Position numbers and translations under genes: made by a program | The notes under the pieces: generated by a model | Told to the model about the DNA's origin: nothing | Databases searched by the model: none | Seen by the model: the letters and a program-made list of their open reading frames with translations, nothing else | Virus record (IMG/VR): IMGVR_UViG_3300023179_006341 | Span: 15,520-79,519 of that record | From: a virus | Direction: 5' to 3' (one strand) | DNA: 64,000 bases | Shown here: positions 27,327-36,392 of the stretch, in pieces | How positions within the stretch are numbered: the stretch's first letter is position 1 | How the letters are laid out: each line of letters opens with the position of its first letter

Positions 27327-29168
27327 ATGGCAGAACCTAATCCATCAAATGTAGCCCCATGGTATTTACGTAATATCAATCAAGCACTAGCTTTAGATGA
27401 AGATAGTGGAAATGTTTTTGTAAGAACGGGATTTCAGGGTAATATAATTATTTCAGGTAATGTAAATATTCCTGGCACTGTTACGGTAGATAGTTCTCCC
27501 GAAGATCCTGTGCATGTTCACTTAGATGAAATCGGAACATCGGGTATTCTTAATGTACCTTATATGCCAATCGGAGGTAATGTAGTAGTAACATCAGGCA
27601 ATGTCAACGCTAATGTATCGGGAAATGTAGGTATTACAGGTAATGTTAACATCGGTACTATGCCAAATGTTAACGCAAACATTACTAGTAATGTAACAGT
27701 AGTTGATGGAGGTGGTAGTTTAACAGTTGATGGTAATGTAGGTATTACAGGCAATGTTAATATTGGTACAATGCCAAATGTTAATGCTTTAGTAACAGGA
27801 AATGTAACTTCCACATTAAGTGGCAATTTAGCAGGTATTACAGGAAATGTAACAGTAGTTGATGGAGGTGGTAGTTTAACAGTTGATGGTAATGTTGGTG
27901 TGACAGGTAATGTCAATATAGGCACCATGCCTAATGTTAATGCCAGCGTATCAGGCAATGTAAGCATAACTAACAATGCTAATGTAGTATTAGGTGGTAC
28001 TAATTTAGACGCATTTGGTCGTTTGCGTGTAAGTAATCCTGTTACATTATTTGATTCTCAGAATCGTTACTTAGATGGTCAACAATTTAGCACTATAACT
28101 GCAGGTGGTGGCTTAAGAACTTATGTTCAAAATGAGAGTAGTTTTAATTTAGCAGTGGGAACTGCCAATGGTGATAGTGTTATCACGCAATCATATACAA
28201 CACAAGCGTATCAACCTGGTAAAAGTTTATTAGCACTCAATACATTTGCGTTTGCTAGTGCTAAACCAAATTTAAGACAACGAGTGGGATATTTTACAAG
28301 TCAAAATGGTGTATTTTTTGAACAAGATGGTAGCACATTGTATATGGTAGTTAGAAGTTATACTACAGGTGCTGCTGTAGACACTAGAGTAGCACAAAGT
28401 AGTTGGAACGGTGATGCACTAGATGGAAATGGTCCTAGCGGAATTACATTAGATCCTACACTTGTTCAAATATTTTGGTTAGACATTGAGTGGTTGGGTG
28501 TAGGCAACGTACGCACAGGCTTTGTGATAAATGGACAATTTATAGTTTGCCATACATTTACACATGCTAATGTCGTAGGAAATACAAAAGTATACATGAC
28601 AACTGCTACTCTGAACCCAAGATATGAAATTACTAATACAGGAATAACAGGTAGTGCTAGTACGATGAAGCAAATCTGTAGCACAGTAATGAGCGAAGGT
28701 GGCTATAATCCTAGCGTAAGCATACAATATAGCACCAATGGCACAAATGTAACTAGAGTATCAGGGTCAAATACGTTAACAAGTTTGACAAGCATAAGAT
28801 TGAACCCTAGTTATCCTGATGCAGTTGTACTTCCTGCGCAAGTTGATTTATTATTAATTGATACAAGGTATGGGCAGTTTCAATTGATCGAAAATGCTAC
28901 ATTAGGTAATGCAGTATGGAGCAATGCTAGTGCCACAAGTGTAGTTCAAACTAGCGTTACTACCGATATAATAACTAATGGTAATGTAGTTTATGCAGGG
29001 CTTACTAGTAGTAGAGACAGCCTTGAGATCAGCGAGGACATAGCAAAAAGATTACAATTAAAAAGGTATGCGAACGGTAGTCCTATAACATTGACATTAG
29101 CCGTTTCTTATACAGGGACTAATACTGATGTACTATGGAAGCTAGGTTGGGAAGAAATTACTAATTGA
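27327..29168 (+). CDS. putative virion structural protein with GNV repeats
   Basis: GNVGITGNVNIGTMPNVNA repeats, DAFGRLRVSNP, C-terminal WEE. Confidence 0.7.
   Translation: MAEPNPSNVAPWYLRNINQALALDEDSGNVFVRTGFQGNIIISGNVNIPGTVTVDSSPEDPVHVHLDEIGTSGILNVPYMPIGGNVVVTSGNVNANVSGNVGITGNVNIGTMPNVNANITSNVTVVDGGGSLTVDGNVGITGNVNIGTMPNVNALVTGNVTSTLSGNLAGITGNVTVVDGGGSLTVDGNVGVTGNVNIGTMPNVNASVSGNVSITNNANVVLGGTNLDAFGRLRVSNPVTLFDSQNRYLDGQQFSTITAGGGLRTYVQNESSFNLAVGTANGDSVITQSYTTQAYQPGKSLLALNTFAFASAKPNLRQRVGYFTSQNGVFFEQDGSTLYMVVRSYTTGAAVDTRVAQSSWNGDALDGNGPSGITLDPTLVQIFWLDIEWLGVGNVRTGFVINGQFIVCHTFTHANVVGNTKVYMTTATLNPRYEITNTGITGSASTMKQICSTVMSEGGYNPSVSIQYSTNGTNVTRVSGSNTLTSLTSIRLNPSYPDAVVLPAQVDLLLIDTRYGQFQLIENATLGNAVWSNASATSVVQTSVTTDIITNGNVVYAGLTSSRDSLEISEDIAKRLQLKRYANGSPITLTLAVSYTGTNTDVLWKLGWEEITN
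27690..27895 (+). repeat. 50-bp identical intragenic repeat (27690-27739 / 27846-27895)
   Basis: AATGTAACAGTAGTTGATGGAGGTGGTAGTTTAACAGTTGATGGTAATGT twice. Confidence 0.85.
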
Positions 29169-29174
29169 CTGTAA

Positions 29175-30107
29175 ATGAATCATTCAAACACTGTAAAATT
29201 AATTAAAAATCCATACGAAGCAACAGTTTTTAAAAACGACAACGAATTACAAGATTTTATAAAATGTTGTGACCCACAAACAGGTTATCTATATTTTATG
29301 GATAATTTCTTTATTATTCAACACCCAACCAAAGGTAGTATGAATTATCATCCGTGGTCATATCAAAAACGATTAATAGAAACTTATCATAATTATAGAT
29401 ATTCAATAGCGTTGATGCCACGTCAAAGTGGTAAAAGTACAAGTGCAGCAGGTTATCTTTTATGGTATGCAATGTTTGTTCCTGATAGCACAATTTTAAT
29501 AGCTGCACATAAGTATGCAGGTTCACAAGAAATTATGCAACGTATACGATATGGTTATGAAAATTGTCCATTACACATTAAAGCAGGGGTTGTTACATAT
29601 AATAAAGGATCACTAGATTTTGAAAATGGCAGTAGGATTATTTCCGCTACTACAACAGAAACTACAGGTCGTGGTCTCTCAATATCATTATTATACTTAG
29701 ATGAGTTTGCGTTCGTAAGACCAAGCATTGCTAAAGAATTTTGGACTTCTATTGCACCAACCTTAGCAACAGGTGGTAAAGCAATCATAACAAGCACACC
29801 AAATAGTGATGAAGATCAATTTGCTATAATTTGGAAAGGTGCAAATAAAACACAAGATGAATATGGTAATACAACAGAATTGGGAGTAAATGGATTTAAA
29901 GCATATAAAGCACATTGGAGCGAACAACCAGGTCGTGACACCGCTTGGGCTGACAACATGAAAGCACAATTAGGTGAAGAACGTTTCAGACGAGAAATTG
30001 GGTGTTTTTCGGGTAAGACAAATATAAGACTTAAAGACTCAACAGGTAAAATATTTACAACAACCATGGAAGAATTAGAAAAAATGTTAGCAATTCGTAA
30101 TAGCTGA
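29175..30107 (+). CDS. terL: terminase large subunit N-fragment (ATPase) fused to a 34-aa N-intein
   Basis: PRQSGKS Walker A, LDEFAF Walker B, TSTP; FRREIG|CFSGKT intein start at 30003. Confidence 0.92.
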   Translation: MNHSNTVKLIKNPYEATVFKNDNELQDFIKCCDPQTGYLYFMDNFFIIQHPTKGSMNYHPWSYQKRLIETYHNYRYSIALMPRQSGKSTSAAGYLLWYAMFVPDSTILIAAHKYAGSQEIMQRIRYGYENCPLHIKAGVVTYNKGSLDFENGSRIISATTTETTGRGLSISLLYLDEFAFVRPSIAKEFWTSIAPTLATGGKAIITSTPNSDEDQFAIIWKGANKTQDEYGNTTELGVNGFKAYKAHWSEQPGRDTAWADNMKAQLGEERFRREIGCFSGKTNIRLKDSTGKIFTTTMEELEKMLAIRNS

Positions 30108-30115
30108 TGAAATAG

Positions 30116-30123
30116 TATAAATA
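30116..30123 (+). promoter_or_regulatory. late promoter for the HNH gene and the IntC-TerL fragment
   Basis: Exact TATAAATA. Confidence 0.7.
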
Positions 30124-30128
30124 AATAT

Positions 30129-30950
30129 ATGTTACAAAATAAATATCAAAAATGGTATATGAAAATAATATATCATGCTACAAATCAAAAAAGACCACAA
30201 AAAGGTCATGAAATGCATCATATCATCCCAAAATGTATGGGTGGTTTAAACAAAAAAGAAAATTTAGTTAGACTTACATTACGAGAACATTATATTTGTC
30301 ATTTGTTATTGCCAAAGTTTACAACAGGCGATGACCAAAGAAAATTAAAATTTGCTCTTTGGTGTTTTATTAATAAGTGGGGAAGAAAATCTTGCAAATT
30401 TAAAATGAATAGTAAAATGTACGAAAAATTAAAGATTGAAATTTCTGATCAAATTTCTAAACTTAACAAAGGTAAAATTAACCCCCCTTTAAGCGTGGAA
30501 ATGATTAAAAAATTTTCTGAACGAATGAGAGGTGATTCTAACCCCATGTATGGAAAATTGGGTTCTGAAAATCCAAATTTTGGTAAGAAACGGCCTGGTA
30601 TAGGTGGTAGAAAAAAAGGCACTACATGGTCAGACGAAGAGCGTTCTATACATCTTAAGATACGATCAGAAATAGGATATTATAATTATTTAAAAGATCC
30701 GAAAAGAGGAGAAAAAATAAGTAATTCACAACGAGGAAGAATTGGGACAGCTTTGGGAAAAGTTTGGTATAACGATGGTATTAATGAATACTATGGAAAT
30801 CAAGTTCCTATAGGATTTAATAAAGGTAGATTGATTTCAAATTCTTCTAAAAAAGGCATGAAATGGTTTACTAATGGGGTAGTAAGTAAACAGTTTAAAG
30901 AAGATATGCAACCACAGGATTTTATTCGTGGAAGAATTATTAAAAAATAA
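30129..30950 (+). CDS. free-standing HNH homing endonuclease with NUMOD3-like motifs
   Basis: HHIIPKCMGG..NLVRLT.REH..H; NPMYGK; W(Y/F)xxG repeats. Confidence 0.88.
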   Translation: MLQNKYQKWYMKIIYHATNQKRPQKGHEMHHIIPKCMGGLNKKENLVRLTLREHYICHLLLPKFTTGDDQRKLKFALWCFINKWGRKSCKFKMNSKMYEKLKIEISDQISKLNKGKINPPLSVEMIKKFSERMRGDSNPMYGKLGSENPNFGKKRPGIGGRKKGTTWSDEERSIHLKIRSEIGYYNYLKDPKRGEKISNSQRGRIGTALGKVWYNDGINEYYGNQVPIGFNKGRLISNSSKKGMKWFTNGVVSKQFKEDMQPQDFIRGRIIKK

Positions 30951-32013
30951 CTTAGGGCTACAAATACTTACTGATACAGGTTGGCAATCTTTTAGCGGCA
31001 TTGTCAAAAAAGGTATTAAACACACTATAACTATAGAATTAGAAAATATCTCAGTAACTTTAACACCCGATCATAATGTTTTTTTGGAAAATTTGACAAA
31101 AATACCTGCGAACAACCTTAGAAAGGGTGACAGTGTTTGTACATTAAATGGGCCGCAAATTGTAAAAAATATTTATGAGCATTGTTTAGAAGTTGTTTAC
31201 GATATAGTTAATGCAGGTTCCAATAAAAGATTTTATGCAGATGATATACTTTGTTCAAACTGTGAATTTATTATTGGTGATGAAACACTTATTAATCCTC
31301 TTATATTGAATACTCTTGAAGGTATTGAACCAATTGAAAGAATGGGTCAAGTACGTTGGTTTTCTAAACCGCAAAAGGGTAATATTTATTGTGTAGGATT
31401 AGATCCAAGTTTAGGTACAGGAAGTGATCCTGCTGCAATACAAATATTTGAGGCTAATACAACTAAACAAGTTGGTGAATGGAAACATAATCGTACTACA
31501 ATACCTGAACAAATTAAATTATTAGCTAAGATCATTGATTATATTGTAGATATCACAAAAGAACCAAATAATTTATATTATAGTTTAGAAAATAATACTA
31601 TAGGTGAAGCAGCATTGATCTCATTAGCAGAATATGGTGAAGAAAACATCAAGGGAACAATGTTAAGTGAACCTAAACAAGTAGGATCGACTAGAAGATA
31701 TCGTAAAGGATTTAATACCACACAAAAAAGTAAATTAGCAGCATGTTCAAAGTTAAAAAATTTAATTGAAAGTGGAAAAATGTCACTTAAGAGTAATGCT
31801 TTGATATCTGAATTAAAGTCATTTGTTGCTGCAGAAGGTAGTTATGCTGCTAAAATTGGAGAAACTGATGATTTAGTTATGGCAACATTATTAGTTGTAA
31901 GAATATTTCAACATTTACAAAACTATCATAGTGATTTAGACACGCATCTTAAAGATCATAGTGAATATATTGAACCAATGCCTTTTATAATGACATTAAG
32001 TTCTGTAAGCTGA
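30928..32013 (+). CDS. terL: 111-aa C-intein fused to terminase large subunit nuclease domain
   Basis: TPDH block B, VYD block F, LCSN|CEF junction (Cys+1 at 31261); GLDPSLG, LENN, DDLVMA RNase H motifs. Confidence 0.9.
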   Translation: MEELLKNNLGLQILTDTGWQSFSGIVKKGIKHTITIELENISVTLTPDHNVFLENLTKIPANNLRKGDSVCTLNGPQIVKNIYEHCLEVVYDIVNAGSNKRFYADDILCSNCEFIIGDETLINPLILNTLEGIEPIERMGQVRWFSKPQKGNIYCVGLDPSLGTGSDPAAIQIFEANTTKQVGEWKHNRTTIPEQIKLLAKIIDYIVDITKEPNNLYYSLENNTIGEAALISLAEYGEENIKGTMLSEPKQVGSTRRYRKGFNTTQKSKLAACSKLKNLIESGKMSLKSNALISELKSFVAAEGSYAAKIGETDDLVMATLLVVRIFQHLQNYHSDLDTHLKDHSEYIEPMPFIMTLSSVS

Positions 32014-32040
32014 TAAATACACTATAAAAGTGGATTTATC

Positions 32041-34344
32041 ATGCCAAAAAATAACGATTTAATTAATGTAGATTTAGAAAAATTTCTTGATGCTAATAAT
32101 TTAAATGCTATTCCATATGATAGTAGTGGAAAACAAGTACCCATTCCCGATGAAGCAGAATTATTTCAATTTAAATTTGCTTCCAATGGTGATGAAAAAG
32201 GTACAGCTACTGTATCGATTGATGGTACAAAAACTTTAAATGTTTATTACGATGATGCAATTATGACAGAAAACAATGCCTCTGACGATTGGTTTGATTT
32301 TATTAAACGATTAAAACGATTTGCAATGACGCATCAGTTAGATTTTAAAACTAAAAATATGGATAGGTTAGCTACTGATATGAAAAAACGTGAACATCAA
32401 AAAAAATTAGATGAAGGTTATTATGGGACACGCCATACTAGTTATAGCGATAAAAACCCAGGCACCGTCAAAATGATTCTTAAACACAATCGCCCACTTG
32501 AAGAAACTGATGCAAGATTTAGAAACATTCAAAAGATTTTTTTAGAAACTGATACAGGAGAACGTTTTTTACTTGATACAAAAAAGCCAAATATAGCTAG
32601 AGCATTTGCAAGACATTTAGCTGAAGGTGGTCGTTATAATGATGAAAGATGGAATCATATTACTCAAATAGCTGAAGATATTAATCGTTTAGGTGGTTTT
32701 GTACGTGCTACACGTAATAAACAATTTAATGAAAGTGCAGTAAAATTAGTTAATGAAGCACAAAATCATTATCAATCTTTGCGTGAAACAATAAAACAAA
32801 TACAAGGTTCACGAGGATATAACAAATATTTTGAAAGTTGGAAACCGACTTTAAATGAAGATGATCATGATAATTCAATATCAGAAATGTTTTTAACACA
32901 GAGACTTGATCCACGAGTTGAAAGTGCAATACCTGTATTAAATCGTTTATCAAAAAATATAACAGAAATGTCTGAAGTAAATGAATTTACTGAATGGGCA
33001 AGTAATATAGTTCATGAAGTATTACATCCAACTGCAGAAGGTTCACTTGATGATTTAGTAGATTTAGTTGGTGCTGATAGTGAGTTTATGACTCTTGGTC
33101 CTGATGGAAAAAATGCAATCAATGAAATAGAAGGTATTATTAATGAACCTGCATTAAATTCACGCTTACAAAAAGCGGGAATGAGTAAACCTGATCAAGA
33201 CGCACGTCCTATAATTATTGGTTGGATGCAAGAAAATGCCAAGGATAAACATTATGAAGAAATTTTGGCTAAAATTGAAACTGAGCAACCTGCACCTAAA
33301 ATAACTAAACCTGCACCCCAACCTAAAAAAGAAACCCCACCTGATATACCTCCACCCCCACCTCCTGAAGTAGCTAGGGAAGACTATGATCCACGTTTAT
33401 CACAAAAAACACAGATTGCAGGTACATTGCCAACATATCGCCACGCTAAAGCTGTACTAGACAAGTTAAACGGTGTTGAAGGTAAAACACTTGACTTTGG
33501 TGCAGGACTTGGTTTAGGTTCAGCAGAAATTGGTGCAGATAGTTATGAAATGCATCCTAAAGCAGGGTTCAAACCTAATTTTGATCGTGTAGATTCTATT
33601 CCCGATGAATCATATGCTAAAATTGTCTCGCTAAATGTTCTTAATGTCATACCAAATGACAAGGGATGGCGTGACGCAGCAGTTAAAGATATTGGTCGTA
33701 TTTTGATGCCAAATGGTACTGCCTTAATTACTACTCGTGGCAAAGATGTATTAGCTGCAAAAGGTGAACCACAAGATGAACCAAATAGTATTATCACAAG
33801 TGCAGGAACTTTCCAAAAAGGATTTACTCCACAAGAGTTAGCAAGTTATGTACAAAATGTATTAGGTAGTGGGTTTAAAGTTAAAGCAGTTAAAGTTGGT
33901 AGCGCACCTGCTGCTATCTTAGTTACAAAAGGTGGAGAACAAGTTAACGAACTCAAGGGTAAATTACCAACACCTGATGAAATGAGAACATTGTTACAAA
34001 AACAAAAGAAACGCTTTGATGATCAAGGTTTTGTACGTGCTGCTGATGATACAGATAAATTAGCAAAAACTTTTTATAAGCCTGAACCATCTAAAAAAAT
34101 AGATACAATAATGAAAGAATTTGCTGAATCATTAGATGAAGCTAAGGATAAAGAACCATCTGTGAAAATACGTAATCCTGTAGCAAAAAATGCTATGGCA
34201 GGTATTGGGGGTGGTGCGGCAGGACAACATAAAGATAAGAAAAAAGCTGATCAACGTGGTGATGTAAAGCATAAAAAAGATAGAATCCCAATGGATCTTG
34301 ATGAAGGTTCACTTGATAGGATCAGAAAACTATCAGGGTTATAA
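32041..34344 (+). CDS. large modular late protein with an inserted SAM-methyltransferase module
   Basis: LDFGAGLG..NVLNVI module at about 33382-33951; many [LIV]xE sites; ends RIRKLSGL. Confidence 0.7.
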   Translation: MPKNNDLINVDLEKFLDANNLNAIPYDSSGKQVPIPDEAELFQFKFASNGDEKGTATVSIDGTKTLNVYYDDAIMTENNASDDWFDFIKRLKRFAMTHQLDFKTKNMDRLATDMKKREHQKKLDEGYYGTRHTSYSDKNPGTVKMILKHNRPLEETDARFRNIQKIFLETDTGERFLLDTKKPNIARAFARHLAEGGRYNDERWNHITQIAEDINRLGGFVRATRNKQFNESAVKLVNEAQNHYQSLRETIKQIQGSRGYNKYFESWKPTLNEDDHDNSISEMFLTQRLDPRVESAIPVLNRLSKNITEMSEVNEFTEWASNIVHEVLHPTAEGSLDDLVDLVGADSEFMTLGPDGKNAINEIEGIINEPALNSRLQKAGMSKPDQDARPIIIGWMQENAKDKHYEEILAKIETEQPAPKITKPAPQPKKETPPDIPPPPPPEVAREDYDPRLSQKTQIAGTLPTYRHAKAVLDKLNGVEGKTLDFGAGLGLGSAEIGADSYEMHPKAGFKPNFDRVDSIPDESYAKIVSLNVLNVIPNDKGWRDAAVKDIGRILMPNGTALITTRGKDVLAAKGEPQDEPNSIITSAGTFQKGFTPQELASYVQNVLGSGFKVKAVKVGSAPAAILVTKGGEQVNELKGKLPTPDEMRTLLQKQKKRFDDQGFVRAADDTDKLAKTFYKPEPSKKIDTIMKEFAESLDEAKDKEPSVKIRNPVAKNAMAGIGGGAAGQHKDKKKADQRGDVKHKKDRIPMDLDEGSLDRIRKLSGL

Positions 34345-34345
34345 T

Positions 34346-36247
34346 ATGTCAGAACTAATATTGTTGGAATCATCTAAACCATCTGTTGGTCGTGAATTCC
34401 AACACTTAGAGGATCTTATATACATTGAAGGTAAACGTGGTATTAAACGTGTACTAGAATGTATAGCAGGTATTATTAAGCGTCAACCACTTGAAGTAAA
34501 ATGGGATGGAAGTCCTGCAATATTATTCGGTAGAACTGATAATGGGCGTTTTCATTTTGGTGACAAGTATAGTCGTGATATTGTAGATAATCCACGTGCA
34601 GTATATGAGCAATATATTGGACGCAAGCCTAAAAAAACATTTGAGCGTGAACAATTTGCACGTGATATGGCTGCATTGTTTGAAGTATATGAAGCAGCAA
34701 CACCAAAAGATTTTCGTGGTTTTTTAGAAGCAGGATTATTATATAAGAATTCACCTGCACTAACTGAAGATTGTTTTCAATGTAATCCAAACACAGTAAT
34801 TTACAAAATTAATAACAGTAGTAACTTGGGTAAGCGTGTTGCCAATAGTAAGAGTGGATGTGCGGCTACAGCATATTTTCAACATTTACCTGCCACAGGT
34901 GGTAGAAGATATCCTGTAGGCGATCATTCCAATCATTTTAATAGTAATGATGTAGTTATTATACCACCTTTGCACACAAGTGATACGGTGAGATTAGACC
35001 GTAGCATGTTAGAAAAATTATGGAATTTTGCTAAACAAAAACAACATAGTATTGATCAGTTTGTTGGACCACAAAACATTAAAAAAATGATTTATGAGTA
35101 TGTAAATAGTCAAGTAAGTGAAAATGAATTAAGTGCATTACATAATTTAGGTGATAATTTTACAAGATGGTCACGTGATAGTTTATCTGCAAAAGAACAA
35201 AATATATTGGCTGAACATTTAAAACAACACATAGATGGTGCCAATGATACGTTTAGGTTAGTACGTGCAACAATGAAATTAAAAGATATGATTGTTGACC
35301 AATTAGAAGAATCGACATTAAGTAAAATTGGTATACAAGCAGAATTACCTGATGGACAACGTGGTGGTGAAGGATTTGTCTATGATATTAATGAAGGTAT
35401 TAATCCTATCAAATTAGTTAAACGTGGATCATTTACACGAGCAAATAAATTTAAGAATGAGTCAAAATATTTAAAAGAGTCATTAAGTAGAAGTGGTAAA
35501 AGTGATCGTGCTGTCATTACTTTTGGTCGTTGTATGGGTCATCGTGGACATATGTATTTGGCTAATAGTGTGTTTACAACTGCTAAAGAACAAGGTGCAG
35601 ATCCATATATTATTGTAAGTCGTACATTGGGTGATGATGATCCACTGACTCCGAATGAAAAATTATCTATCTATCATAAAGTATTTCCAAATCATAAGCA
35701 TTGTTTTCAAGCTTCAGACGATAGTATGCCAACATTAATGAGTGCCTTAAAGAAATTAAATGAATTAGGATACAAGCATATTACTGCTATCTTTGGTAAT
35801 GATCGTGCTGATAGTATGAGTCATATTAAAGAATATAATGGGCGCAGTTATCAATTTGAAACATTAAACGTAATAAGTCGTCAACAAACTAATGATCCAT
35901 ACCGTAATATAAATGGACCACGTGGTACGGATATGCGTAATGTATTAAATAATCCAAATTTATCTGAAAAAGAAAAATTTGGATATTGGCGTAAATGTAT
36001 GAGTCCACAATTAAGTGATGATGATGTACAATATATAATGGATATAGTAAAAAAACGTATTGGACATAATTTAAATGAAGCAGATAATCCAATGTATATT
36101 GGTGGTAACACTAATAGCCCCATCCCAGGCACCCCTGAAGATTTAGCCGATACTAGAACACCTGAACAAAAACGCAAAGATGCCAAGCGAGCGATTAAGC
36201 AGGCACGAGAATTACGCAAATTTATGGGTCATAATGAAGTTCGTTAA
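34346..36247 (+). CDS. ligase-like (KxDG) domain + HxGH cytidylyltransferase-like domain
   Basis: KWDG, EGFV, KLV; FGR..HRGH, GNDR; start moved to MSELILLE. Confidence 0.72.
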   Translation: MSELILLESSKPSVGREFQHLEDLIYIEGKRGIKRVLECIAGIIKRQPLEVKWDGSPAILFGRTDNGRFHFGDKYSRDIVDNPRAVYEQYIGRKPKKTFEREQFARDMAALFEVYEAATPKDFRGFLEAGLLYKNSPALTEDCFQCNPNTVIYKINNSSNLGKRVANSKSGCAATAYFQHLPATGGRRYPVGDHSNHFNSNDVVIIPPLHTSDTVRLDRSMLEKLWNFAKQKQHSIDQFVGPQNIKKMIYEYVNSQVSENELSALHNLGDNFTRWSRDSLSAKEQNILAEHLKQHIDGANDTFRLVRATMKLKDMIVDQLEESTLSKIGIQAELPDGQRGGEGFVYDINEGINPIKLVKRGSFTRANKFKNESKYLKESLSRSGKSDRAVITFGRCMGHRGHMYLANSVFTTAKEQGADPYIIVSRTLGDDDPLTPNEKLSIYHKVFPNHKHCFQASDDSMPTLMSALKKLNELGYKHITAIFGNDRADSMSHIKEYNGRSYQFETLNVISRQQTNDPYRNINGPRGTDMRNVLNNPNLSEKEKFGYWRKCMSPQLSDDDVQYIMDIVKKRIGHNLNEADNPMYIGGNTNSPIPGTPEDLADTRTPEQKRKDAKRAIKQARELRKFMGHNEVR

Positions 36248-36282
36248 GAATATATATTTTTTGCGTATGTGGTTATCCTAAA

Positions 36283-36392
36283 TACTTTTATCACAGAAAG
36301 AAATAAAGTAATATTCAATCTGTGTGTTGTTCTCACAATTACACTTAGGTCTCAATTTAGCTACACTTTTAACTTTATAAGGAGAATACAAA
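36283..36392 (+). promoter_or_regulatory. gene 32 leader with H-type pseudoknot (putative autogenous operator)
   Basis: TACTTT(36283-88)/AAAGTA(36305-10) crossed with CACAGA(36292-97)/TCTGTG(36319-24). Confidence 0.5.

Noticed and set aside
30003-31260. Group I intron or pseudogene interrupting terL
   Set aside because: No room for a ribozyme core around the HNH ORF; both fragments carry intact intein blocks, and IntC has its own start and AGGA RBS
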